Shown piece after piece: positions 26,351 to 37,950 of a DNA stretch of 64,000 bases; position 1 is the first letter of the stretch; every line of letters starts with the position of its first letter. The stretch is from Lama glama (Eukaryota): positions 61,692,001-61,756,000 of the forward strand of contig CM052816.1 in assembly GCA_028534125.1 (NCBI GenBank), in the 5' to 3' direction. The position numbers were made by a program, and so were the translations under genes. The notes below the pieces were generated by a model. It was given only the letters and a program-made list of their open reading frames with translations, did no database searches and had not been told where the DNA came from.

Positions 26351-28069
26351 CATGAATTCTGGTTCACGATGGTTGAAAGATCTGGCAAAGAAGAATCAAA
26401 AAGCTAGTGGCAAAGTGAAAGTGAGAAGACACACTCCCCAATCTCTAAGAAGTTCACCATGTCTCTAACAAGATGAAAACCATCAACAAGTAGTGTGTCA
26501 TAGGTGCCAAAATGAGTTCCAGGAGGGAGGGAGAGAGAAGGAGCTCTATGACTGGGGTGGCCAGAGGATGCAGGACATGAGTAGGTCCAAAGTATTGAGT
26601 AAGATTTGAATAACTGAACACTTGGAGTGGGGGAAGGAATTCCAAGTTGGAGGATTTCATAAACAAGGGAGGAACCACACCAGGAACATTCAGGAGACAT
26701 ATTTATATTGAGGAGTGATGAGGGAGAATTTGGGGAGGGCAAGCTCAGACCAGAAGGAAAGAGCCTTGAACACGAAGCTGAGACATCTGATAATCAATTC
26801 TAGTTAGTAAGGAGCCTTCAAAGATTTTGGATACGCCCTAAAAGAAATTGTCTTCTGTTGCCATTATTTTTTCTTTCACAGCATCTCTGTCAGCCCAGTC
26901 CCTGTTATGTAAATGTATTTCTCTCCTATCTCCCTCTGTTGACTTTGCATTAAAGAACATGAGGTGTGACTCTGACACTCCTTGAGTGTCCAAGTTGATC
27001 TGGGACTGCTCAGAAGCTTTCTCCAACAGGTAGTTAAGTTTTCTTTCCTTCCATCCTATTACTTCCAGTTACATCCCTGAGGGACCGTGTGAAACAATTC
27101 TGTGCTCTCCTCGTGTTTATGTTCTGGGGATGCTTATAGAGTTTCCACATTCCCTCTGCTTTGCGCTTAGCCAAGGTATACATGTTTAATTCCTTTCATC
27201 TCTCCCCCGAAGTCACTCCCTCTGGCCTCTTAATCATCCTAATTGCTCTTCTCTGAACCGCAGCCAACTCAGTGTGTGCATCTTCCTCGGGAGGAACATA
27301 GTATTCCACGTGTGGTCTCACGAGACCCATCTGTTACCTCCCAGTTTCATCATCTGATGGCTGGACCTGTGGGGCTGCACCTCTCCTGCTCTGCCCCACC
27401 CCAGTGTGCACCCTGGGCCTTGGTAAAACCCTTATCACAACAGGTTGTCTTTCCATTTCCAGGTGGCCTGTTCCAGAGCTGGGAACCTGTGTTCACCGCA
27501 TGTTCTCCCCCAAACTCCCATCCCCGGAGGTTTCTTCCTGGGAAAGGTGGCCCGGAACCAGGCAGAGTATCTGTGGAAAATTGCAGCTAAGCTTGCATAA
27601 ATTAGCCTTGGAAGAGGGGAGGCTGAGGAGTGCCCAGGATTGAAGGATGCTGCGGCCTGCTATGAGCTGTGAGCCTATGAGAAGGTGCAACTTGGAGGCT
27701 GCTTCTCTGTTTCCAATTATCCTTTTTATCTCTGCTCTGGCCCCTCTCCTTACCTAAGTGTTTTCATAGCTCTCAGCCATTACTGTTTAGCTTTGGGGAA
27801 TAAACGTGAAACCAAACAAATTATAAATATCCTGTTTCAAGATGTGTTATCACGCTGTGAATAGAAACCCCCAGAAGCCCGAGTCTTTTGAAAGCTCTAG
27901 CCTTTTTTTTTTTTTTTTTTTAAGCCTTGGGGGTAAAAAATCCTCCGCCACTCTAAGGATGTGGTGGCAGAGGTTAAACTGCCTTTGAGAAAGTCAAATG
28001 TTTGGATTTCAGTGAAGGTTGACATGGAAACCCACCTGAGGCTTCCTGAGGCGTCTCGGGAGGAAATAA

Positions 28070-28600
28070 AACCCGAGATGGACGTTCCTGCAGCAAGAGC
28101 AAGAGCGGCTTGGTGGGGCTGCAGGTACGGCCCGCCGCGGGTGAGGGAGGCCCGCCCCGGCGAGGCGACGGAAGTCGGGGGACAGGAAATGTAAAGGCAG
28201 AGAGGGCACCCGTCGCGCCTGTGCCGCAGCCGGGGCAGAGGTGGCCGGCCCGGGACTCGCCAGGGTGGCCGCTGGGAAGCCGATGTTTTTTATTCAAAGC
28301 CTTTTCTGGGAGCAGTTTAACAAACAGCAGCCACCGCAGCCCCAGGGATGGCGCCCACCCGGGGCACCATCCTCCCGCAGAGTCCGGGGCCGCCCCGCCC
28401 GCCTCACCGACGAGGGTGGGGACACGGGGAGAGGGGGTTGCACATCCTGATCAGGCTTCACGCACACCATAGGGTTAATTCAGCCATGGCTACACATAGG
28501 CACAAGGGAACCACAGTGAACATTTGTTTGTTTGTTTGGCTTTTGGGGGTCCTGGGGCGGGTAGAGGAGAAGACGGAGCCGGGCAGACGGAGGAGAAGGG
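28070..28600 (+). promoter_or_regulatory. Small orphan CpG island, candidate promoter/first exon
   Basis: Highest CpG density in the window, several GC boxes, donor-like CAG|GTACGG (28125) and CGG|GTGAGG (28141). Confidence 0.6.
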
Positions 28601-30747
28601 GAGCAAGAGAGAGGAACCCTTAGGAAGAGGAAGGGGCGTCCATCTGCTCGCTTCCCCCCTTTCTTGGATTCCTTGCCCACCGTGGGCCAGGTGGACCAGG
28701 CTTCTGGGATGGACTAACCCTTGCCCTCCAGGCCCTCTGGGACTCTCCGCTTTTACTGCGGGTACTTAAGGATGCCCTTGAAAAGAAATCTTGAGAACCT
28801 CCAAAGAAAAAGTTCTTTGGAGTTTTGAGGGCCTCATACTTCTACAGCCCCTGTTTCTTCCAAATGTGGGTGATCCATTCCATAGAAGGATTGTGAGGAC
28901 GCCCGGTGCCATTTGAACATCAGAGAAATAGGGACGACGTTTTAGTATAAGTACGTCCCACACAATATTTTTCGTTTGTTTGTTTTGCCAAACCTGGCAA
29001 CCCTAGTTCAGTTTGTGTTTATAATTCTTCTAGTTCAGTTCCTGTCCAGACAGCAACTCTTTAAAGCAGGAAGGGGGCATGCTCTCATGCCAACCACCAG
29101 GCACAATCTCCTGTCTTCTCCTTTGTCCCCTCTAAAACTGGTGCAAGTTCACCTTTACTCTAAACCCTCAGGTGTCTTCTGGGGCAGTCGAATGGAGAGA
29201 ACTGAGGTGGGAGTAGAGATTTAGGGGGCAGTAATTTGGGTCACCTAAACCAGCAATTGGAATTTCCAGCGTGAGGTAACATTGCTGGTAAGTGCTGTGT
29301 TCTGGTTTATTGGAGACATTTGCAAGATGTGCTGTGAACATAAGAGTTAAATAGTAATCGCCTTTTGTAAGCGGCAACTCTAACTGGGGTTTACATTTGG
29401 GATTAATAGTAAACACCCCAGGCCTTGCTGACCGAAGAATGTGGTTGCCCGAATAAACAATGTTTTCGATCAGGACTCAGGACCAACGCTCAGAGTACGC
29501 AGCCTCTTCCTAGGAAGGAGTGTTTCCCAACTGAAGTAATCTGTAATGTGCTGGGAAAATATTTTTTAAAAATGGCTATCTTAGATACCATATAAGGGAA
29601 AACAGTTCTCTCTTTTGAAGTAATAAATACCATTTGGAGCAGAATTCCTTCAGTTTGCATTTTTCAATTATTTCCTGATAATGCTCGGCTTATAGTGCCT
29701 GAGCGGTGCGCACTGCCTAGTAAGGAAGAGCCTCATGGAACAGTGTGGGTCTGGGGTTTACTGTCCTCTGAATGCTACACATTCTTCTTGGGACGTAAAA
29801 CTCAGACTGCCTCCCACGTACTGGCTTCATGGGGCTGGCTGTTCAGATACGGAGTGGAAGGCCTCTCAGACTGTGGAATTCTGTTACGTAGTCCCCCAGC
29901 AGCCATTGTTCCTTCAGCCTCCCCACCAAAGGGGTAGAATGAATTATCAGTATTTCCCAAGGAATACCAACTTTCCAACTAACTAGCTGCCTTCCTCTCC
30001 TTCCCATCCTGGCCTGGACATCACACACTGGATTTCAGAGACACTGCACTTTGACTAGAAACATGAATGTGCCGAGAAGCACAGAAAATATGTTGTTGTT
30101 CTACTGGGAGGTCTCAAACGGCTCCAGGAGGACTCTCTTGAAAGGGCTCGGGCTCTCAGTCAGCTCCACAACTGCTGCTTGCTCTGCCCCCTGGTGCATG
30201 TGTGTGCGACTCAGCTGGTCCACTAAGGAATTCCTTCCTCCCCACTTCCAGGTGATGCTGTGAGCAGCTTTGGAGGATCCTGCTTCCCAGGGGCCCAGGG
30301 AATGTTTCCCACTCTTTGTGTCCTGTGCCTAAGGCTTGGAGGGGAAACCAAAGACTTGGATTCCTTTCCAATTCATTCCTTCAGCAAATATTTGTTGATT
30401 TCCTACTGAGTCCACATCACTCTTCACCACGCTGTCAAGGGAGGCAGGCTTGTGGATAAATGTAGGGTTCTGAGTCATGGGGGGGGGAGTGGTGAGGGGT
30501 TGGGGGTGGCAAGGAGGAAGCTTGGGAATGTGGGACTTCAGCAACAGTAAAGCTGCTGTATGCCCAGAGCCTTGCACTGCGCTTGGCACTAAGCGGAGGC
30601 TCAGAAAAATATCTGTTAAATATTTCTGAGGATGAAATATTCTGGGTGGTTTTTTGTTATCCCTAAACTAACTCTTTTTCATCTCATTAAATAACTCTTT
30701 ATTAATACTATCTTAGTAATATTATGTACTAAACAAAGTGAATTTTC

Positions 30748-31162
30748 TTTTTTTTTTTGAGTAAAAGTAGATTTATTTAGAGAGGTGTACACGCTGGGGT
30801 GGGTATACACTCCATCGACAGAGTGCGGGCTGTCTTCATGTAGTGTTGCTACTTTTATATGCTAACAAGTGAGAGGATTATTCTAACTACTTTAGGGAAT
30901 GGGCAGGGATTCCCAGAAATTGGGAATTGCTCTCTCTTTGACCTTTCATGCTTAGCTTGGAAACTGTCATGGCACTTGTGGGTGTGTCATTCACCATGCT
31001 AGTACATTATAATGGGTATAATGAAGTTTAAGGTCCACTGGAGGTCAAATCTCCCGCCATCTTGGGCCTCCAGGTCTGTTGGGAGTTGACTTTTCCATCT
31101 TGGTGCTAATTGCTGTGTCATTACTTTAATGGCTGTGTCCTGCCCCCTTCCTTCCTGTCTCA
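30748..31162 (-). mobile_element. MER41-like ERV1 LTR (U3-R only) with poly(A) tail
   Basis: Minus strand starts TGAGACAGGAAGGAAGGGGGCAGG; has CAAGATGGCGG, GAS TTCTGGGAA, TATAAAA (~30859-30853), AATAAA (30777-30772), then A11. Confidence 0.8.
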
Positions 31163-31276
31163 TTCCTTTTTTTTTTTTTTTTTAGGTGGTTAAAAACCTG
31201 GCAGCATGTCAGACTCGTTCTAATCTTGGATGGTGTCTGCCTGGTAGTGAGGGAGTCCTCAGTCAGAGGTGTTGTA

Positions 31277-31409
31277 TTTTATTATTTTTTTTTTTAAGAT
31301 TTTTTTGTGGGGGAGGTAATTAGGTTTATTTATTTTAATGGCAGAACTGGGGATTGAATCCAGGACCTCATGCTTGCTAAGCATTCTACCACTGAGCCAT
31401 ACCTTCCCC
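31277..31409 (-). mobile_element. Vic-1-type camelid tRNA-derived SINE with 13-bp TSD
   Basis: rc GGGGAAGGTATGGCTCAGTGGTAGA...GGATTCAATCCCCAG...AAATAAACCTAATTACCTCCCCC plus A-rich tail; TSD CAGAGGTGTTGTA at 31264-31276 and 31412-31424. Confidence 0.92.
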
Positions 31410-32089
31410 GCCAGAGGTGTTGTAGAAGGCTGGGTGAGTGTGCACTGACCCAGGGACAGGTGTGGCTCTTCTGAAGGAATCCCTTTCTTGGTCGAGATGC
31501 TGTGTCTCACTGAATCCAGCATGTGAGGTTTGGGGTCAGGATGGGAAGGAGAGTAAAGTAGTGGGTAGAGAGCTGTTACTCCCTGGGAGCCCTGCTAATT
31601 CACACTGTCTAGCCCATGGCAACACACAGGTGGTTTAGGTTTGCTTGAGTAAAGTGGGCTGGCCTCTCTTCAGTCTTTGGCTGGCTCTTGAGAACATATC
31701 TGGGAGACACCTATCAAATCACATGGCTGGCTGCACCTTGCATGAAATTTTAAGAAAAAGTTTGCCCAAGAGCTAACGTGTGAAACAATGCTACTGACTT
31801 TTCAAACAATTAAATACTATTTGGCAAACAATTAGATATTTAAGTCTAGAACGTGAGTACATTCCACAGTGACCAGTGTGGTGGGAGAGGGAGACAGAGG
31901 AAAAGGCTCTGTCTCTACCCGCTGGGAGCTTGTAGTGTAGTTGAGGATTCACAGCAAAAACCCAAAAAACAACCAAGTACCATTTTGGGGAAGAGTAGAG
32001 AAGGCAGAGAAAGGCATGGGTCTAAACTTAAAAAAAAAAGATCTTTTGTGCTGAGTCTAGTTTCACTTGCTCGCAGGGCACCACGTTCA

Positions 32090-32345
32090 GAGGCCTCACA
32101 CCTGGCCCTTCGGACCAGCGTCCTTAGTGCAAACAGCTGCGCGGACACCACTTCTCCAGCCGAGTGCGCATGACACTGGCGATTCAAGGTGGCGGCAGCG
32201 GGGGGGTGGGGCACGCCTTTGCGTGACCCGCGAGAGCTCCGCCCCTTTCCCGCCCCCACGAGGCGAACCCTATATAAAGCAGCGCTGCGTGGCCCGCGCT
32301 TTGGCGTCGCCATTCTCTGACCGAGGTGCCATGCTTTTCTTTGCT
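32090..32345 (+). promoter_or_regulatory. CpG-rich TATA-box promoter candidate
   Basis: Two GC boxes (32239-32244, 32250-32255) directly upstream of TATATAAAG (32271-32279); Inr-like CCATTCT 32310-32316. Confidence 0.65.
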
Positions 32346-32969
32346 TCTGAACCCAACTCGGTTTCCTTGAACAACACTGGGCAGGAAAACCCTTACTGGG
32401 GTCCCACTGGTAGGGGCGATAACAATAGGATACTAATCACCGGCCAGGCCCTGTGCTAAAAGGACTGAGCAGACGGTTTCCACAGTCCTCATAAGAGCTC
32501 TGTTGTACCTGTGCTGCGGGGGCCCCATTTTCTACGTGAGAAAACTGAGCCATGTGAAAGTAACTGGCCCCACGTGGGGCGTGGAGGAGAAAACACGTGT
32601 GCTGAAGGTAAGGAAGGGGGGGGGATTGTGGCTTAGAGCGAAAAACACCGTTTCCTCTCCCCCTTCTCTTTACAGCGCAGATAATAATTCCGACCTTTCA
32701 GGATTGGTAGGCGGGATAAATGAGAGTGTTTGTGAACCTCCTGAGCTGCCTGGTGCTCAGTGGGAAGTCAGACCGCATTAGGAAAAGGGGGGCGAGGACC
32801 GGCAAGGCACAGAGGCGACTTTGACTTGGCTAATGGAGCAGTGGGAGGTAAACGTGGAAAGGAAGAGCAGCCTGGAAGAGCAGCCTGGTTCATAGAGAAC
32901 TTTGAAACCTGAAAGGGAGGGTGGGGATTGATGTGGCATTAGATCCTTTAACAAAAGTGATTGTTCTTT

Positions 32970-33610
32970 TTTTTATTTTAAAAGTAGTATCTACTCATGA
33001 ATATTTTGGGGGAAAAAAGTAGAAAGTATAAAGATAAAAATAAAATAGTTTTACCACCCGGAGATACCCACTTAGAACTTTTTTGTATCCTTAACTTTGA
33101 TCCTAACTTTATGAAGTGTGTTACAAAATACGAAATTATGGTATTAACTTTATGAAATAAAGTGTTTATAGGCATAGTGTATAAATACTTAAAATATTCT
33201 TTATGATTATACTGTAGAAGAAAGACCTTTTTTCACTTTGTTGTGAACATTTTTCTCATCACTCGATAATATTTTTTAAAGAGTTTTTAAGGCTATAGAA
33301 TATTAATAAAGTAGAAGAACCATAATATACTTAAAAGTTTCTGTTGGCTATTTATATTGTTTCCAGTCTTTCACTATTAGAAATAGCACTGTGATGAATA
33401 TCTTTATACATGAAAACTTTAACTGCATTAAAAATTATTTCTTTAGGCTGAATTCCTAGAAATAGAGACACTAGGTCAAAGAGTGTAAGTGTTTTTAGGT
33501 CTCTTGATTCCAGTTGTCACTTTCCAGTTACCACCCCTGAAGGTAACTACTCTTCTGACTCCTGTCACCATCTGTTAGTTTTGCCCGGTTTTAAACTTTA
33601 TATAAACAGA
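32970..33610 (-). mobile_element. L1ME-type LINE fragments
   Basis: atattgtttccagtctttcactattagaaatagcactgtgatgaatatcttt...attcctagaaatagag is antisense old L1. Confidence 0.7.
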
Positions 33611-33879
33611 TCCTGGAGATTATTTTGTTTCACTTGTTTAGTTATCCTGAAATAAGAGAGAGATCCAGATCTGGTGTTAGCCGAAGTGGTGATTCCCTTG
33701 TCTCTTTCACTGTATTCTTGAGTAGATAGGTTCTCCTTCTCCGAGTCCCAGCACTGGTGCAGTCAGCAAAGTATACACCCAAGTTTCCTAGAAGGTGGAA
33801 TTGTTACACTCTTCTCTCCCATCTCTCTGATTCCTTAATACTCTGAACCTATGGTGCATGAAAAACATAAGTTCCAGCA

Positions 33880-34345
33880 CATACAAACCCAAAACCATAG
33901 GATTTGGTTCAGGGTATGAAATAGAAAAATTACAGCCGCTTACAAGAGATAGAAATGTATTTCCTTCTCACACAGGAGACCAAAGACATGCAGCCCAAGA
34001 CTGACGTGAAAGTACTGTTCCACCGAGTCTTAAGACAACCCAGGTTCTTTTCAGCTTTCTGCCTCACCATACCTTGGGTGTGGTACTCATTCTTGGGGTC
34101 CAAAGCAGCCATTAGAATGCTGGGCAGAATGGAAAAAGGAATGAAGAAAAGGGGGCAAAGAGAATGCACTCTTAAAGAGACTTATGCATCTTTGACTTAA
34201 ATGCCACTGGTTCACGGGGACACCTAGGTGAAGGGGGAGCTTAGGTATGGAGTCTCCATTCTTGGAAGCCATTTTTTAACTATGCACTCTTTCCAGAGAA
34301 GGTCAGAATAAATATGGGGGAGGGCAACCAGAAGTCCCTGCCTCC
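33880..34345 (-). mobile_element. MLT1J-like MaLR LTR
   Basis: acaagagatagaaatgtatttccttctcac...acccaggttcttttcagctttctgcctcaccatacctt...gggcaaccagaagtccctgcc. Confidence 0.7.
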
Positions 34346-34829
34346 ATTTGGCCCATAGAACACAGTATCTTGGAAGGGGTGGTCTCAAACCCACTTCCCT
34401 GTATTTCCATCCCATTGTAGTCTGGTAGCCTCAGTCCTAAAAGGGTGTAGAAGGGGGCACACTTATGAGGACACAGAGGGACTGTAATGTGCTACTCCAA
34501 AAAGCAGTACCCACACAGTGCAGTGACAGCTGCCTGACTTTCTAAAGTACACACCAGAATGTCAGACAGGGAGCAGGAAGTGGGAAAGAAACGATGTCTT
34601 TGCCTTCTTTCAGGCTTTGGTTTGTTCAGTTTGAAGTGGCAAAAATAAGTCACCTTTTATAGAATTTCTCAATTCAGTTCCAAAGGTTTTGTAGTTAGGA
34701 CAGTGTCCTCCCATATTTTAGGAATAGATTGACTGTCAGTCTTGCCTTTGATTTTGCTCTGTTCATAGATATACAAGCATTAGGAATCGTTAATCAAATA
34801 CTACATGTTTTCCTCTGTGTTAATAATTA

Positions 34830-36230
34830 ATTTTTGACCAGAAGTTGAGATCATGAGAACTATGTTTTAGAAGGAGGCAGAACTATACAGAAGACGTTTT
34901 GGAAGAGTTTAAGCTTGGAGGCGTGGACACAAGTTAGGAGGCAATTGCAACAATCTTAGACCGAGGCAGTAAGACTCTTGACAGGATAGGGACACTAGGA
35001 ATGGAGCACAAAGCGTGTGCCCACAAACAATTCCTCTCAAAGGAAACACTGGGTCTTCGTAAAAAGTTGGACATAGCCAATGAAAGAGTTGACATAAATT
35101 TCTCTTATTTGGTGGATAGAACTTCTGTGCGGTATTGCCTCACCTAAAAAAAAAAAAGGGAGGACTGTAAATCTGACTTATGGGAAAATGTTATTTTAAT
35201 TTGGGATATACCAAGTTGGAGAGAAAGCAAACCACTTGAGGAAGAAACTGAAGATTAGCTCATTTAACATCCGTTCACTCTCCCTTCCAGCTTGTCCTCT
35301 ATCACAGGGACTAGAGAGCTAACCAAACACACCTGTTTTCTCTCAATCTCCTCAACAGATAGGCTGTAAGCATGTGACCTAGATCCCACATTAATTGCAC
35401 CTTGTGAAATTTAATTTCGGAATTGATCACACAGGCTTGTGGAAGAGGTAACGTTGGAGCTTAACCCAGTAGTTCTGTGCTGAGAGTAGTGGCATGGAAG
35501 GAGGTGCGCTACTCAGAAGAAGAAATATGTGTTGGTAGAAAGTGTGAGGACTGTCGAGGAGATGCTTTGCAAAGCATAAAAGGACTGATTAACTGCAGTT
35601 GTGTGGCTGGTTGAGGCTCAAGGGCATGAAATTGTAAGGGCCGTAGCAATTCAATTTTATATCTTTTTCCTTTGGGAGCCAAAGCAGTGCCATAGTGTGA
35701 TCTGTGTTTGCTAAGGCTTTATTATTACTTTCAGCGAGTTGCTTAGAGTCTCTGGATTTAGTCTTCCTCATGTAAAATGAAGATCATCTTACATATGTAA
35801 CGAGTTTTTGCCAGGATTAAAGCACCCTCCAAAGTGAATATTCAGTAGCAGTTCACTGCCCCTATGAATCAGGTAATGGGCTGGGCAGTCAAGATACAAA
35901 GATTATTGTGACAAATCCCTACCCTGAGGAGCTCACATTCTACTGGGGGAAACAGACAAGCAAACAATAACTACGGCACAAATAAAGTCTATGAAGAAGG
36001 CGCACGCGAGGTGCATCTCTGCTTGGGTGGGGCTGGGTAATTGCAGTGGAAACCAGAGGATTCTCAGAGGAGGGTGGATCTGCACTGGATCAGAAGGGTG
36101 AATATAAGTATGAGACAGAGAAAGCAGGTCCAGTCATTTCTAGCTGATAGAACAGTGTGAACAATGGCCTAGAGATGTGAACATTCGTGGCCCACCTTGG
36201 GGGAAGGGCTGGTAGTGTGTCAAGGTCTCC
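34830..36230 (-). mobile_element. L2 fragments (with MIR/LTR pieces)
   Basis: ccctaccctgaggagctcacattctactgggggaaacagac and gttaggaggcaattgcaacaatct are L2 motifs. Confidence 0.6.
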
Positions 36231-36279
36231 GGGAGGAGAGGTAGCCATCCCTTCTCTTGCTCCTGGGACTGGCTCTGTC

Positions 36280-37950
36280 AGTTGACTCCTCCCTTTCCAA
36301 TATCTTCATAATTCCTCTCCGTTGGCTGCTTCTCTTTGGCCAAAACCTATAAACTCAGATCTGAAATACTTTTCCTTGCTTGATCGTTTCTCAGGCTGCT
36401 GTCCTTTGTCTCTTTCATTTCTTTCCACCCTTAGCCTCCTTTTCCTCCCTTCTCATTTCTCAATGCCCTGTGTTCTGGGTTCTCTGTCCATTCCTGTCCT
36501 GAAGTGGTCCTGTAGGTCACCAGTAGCCAGAGTCCCTTACCATGTATTCTAGTCCCTTCTTATTTAGCCTTTTTCCACCACTTCCTGTGTTTTCTGTCTC
36601 ACTGTCCTCTCAGGTCTCCTGAGTCTTCTATCACCTTTGACAGTTCTTCTCTGCTGCCCAATCCTAAAGGCTGATGTTTCATGGCATTTTTTCTGGGCTC
36701 CTTTCTTGCAATCAACTACTCTCTCTGCGTAATGTCATTCACTCTTAAGGTTTCAGTTACTTCTCCTAATTACTCCAGTGATTTCCAAACCTTGATCTGT
36801 GGCCTCTGTCTCTTTCCTGGGATTCCAACTCTCATGTCCCATCTCCTCCTGAGGACTCCACTTCTTTGACCCTTATGCACCTCCAAGTGAACATATTCCA
36901 AACCAAACTTCCCATCTTCTCCAGCAGTCCTAGCTCCTAGGTATCCTATCTCCATCCCCTTTTCATAGTCCAAACCTGGGAGTGGTCCCTCCCCCCACCT
37001 CCTCTCTCCTCCACATCCAATCTGTCAACACATCCTCCTACTTTCTATGTACGTCCTGAGTTTATTCTCTCCCTGTCACTGTTAGAGGTCTTAGTCATTG
37101 TTCACCTTGACCAGCTTTCGAACTAAAGTCTTGCCTTCCCTTTCGCTCCACTCAGATCCGTCTTTGAATATCTTTTAGAGTGATCATTCTAAAATCCTCT
37201 CATTCCTACGGTGAATGATTTAAATCATGCTACAGTCCTGATTGAAAGTGTGTAACTGTTTTCTGTGACCTACAACAGTAGTTCCCAATCCTTTTTGCAT
37301 GGGGCTTTTTTCTGTCAGAAAACATTGTGGCTGCCCACATGGTAGCTGCACTCCTCTTCCCTGCTCGTGGAGCAATTCCATAAAACAAAAGCAACCATTT
37401 ACAATTTATTTTGTTTCTAATAAATCATTAGTATACATGGGACCAAGAGTAATAATATATACAGAAACGTAAGATGTGTTCGGTCTGTAGACAGCGAGTG
37501 GTAGATTCTTGGCTCCTCGCAGTACCTACTTAGCATTAGTCAAGAGCCCCGGCCTTCAAGAGGACATCCAGATTAATCAGTCACCCGGAGAAGCTGCTTT
37601 AAACTCTTGAAGCTAATGTTTCCAGTCTCATCTCCAGTCATGCTGCTCTCCTCGCCCTGCTTCTCCACGTCAGCCCCACACGCAGCTCCCATTCCTCCCT
37701 CTTCTCACTCATCGCTCTTCCCAGGAATGTCCTTCCCTCCTTTTCTTTGCCTCATCTGATCCCACAGAATATTTTCCTTTTTTTCCACGCAACTCACAAT
37801 TCATGCACCATCTCCAGTGAAGCATTTATTACGTTGTCCTGGGGTGGTTTTTACGTTTGTCTCCCTCACCAGATTCTGGGCTCCTAGGTGCAGAGCCTGG
37901 ATCCAATTCATCTGTGAATCCAGGGCTCCTAGAAATGTGTCTGTTACACA
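36280..37950 (+). mobile_element. L2 LINE, long degraded sense copy
   Basis: Pyrimidine-rich L2 body (cacctccaagtgaacatattccaaaccaaactt; aaacctgggagtggtcc; ccacatccaatctgtcaac). Confidence 0.7.

Noticed and set aside
31330..31409. tRNA gene
   Set aside because: A/B boxes are present, but the SINE-specific tail, A-rich end and TSD show it is a tRNA-derived SINE.
31915..32313. 132-aa minus-strand ORF (MATPKRGPRS...) with a strong Kozak context
   Set aside because: Typical GC-rich spurious ORF antisense to the promoter motifs, with no recognisable domain.
32221..32345. Pol III type-3 small RNA gene (TATA followed by a T run at ~32335)
   Set aside because: No convincing PSE or octamer, and no match to U6, 7SK, Y, vault, RMRP, RPPH1 or tRNA-Sec.
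32861..32888. 13-bp tandem duplication GGAAGAGCAGCCT x2 and similar short direct repeats as an array
   Set aside because: Two-copy slippage duplications with no repeat-spacer structure; nothing CRISPR-like in this mammalian DNA.
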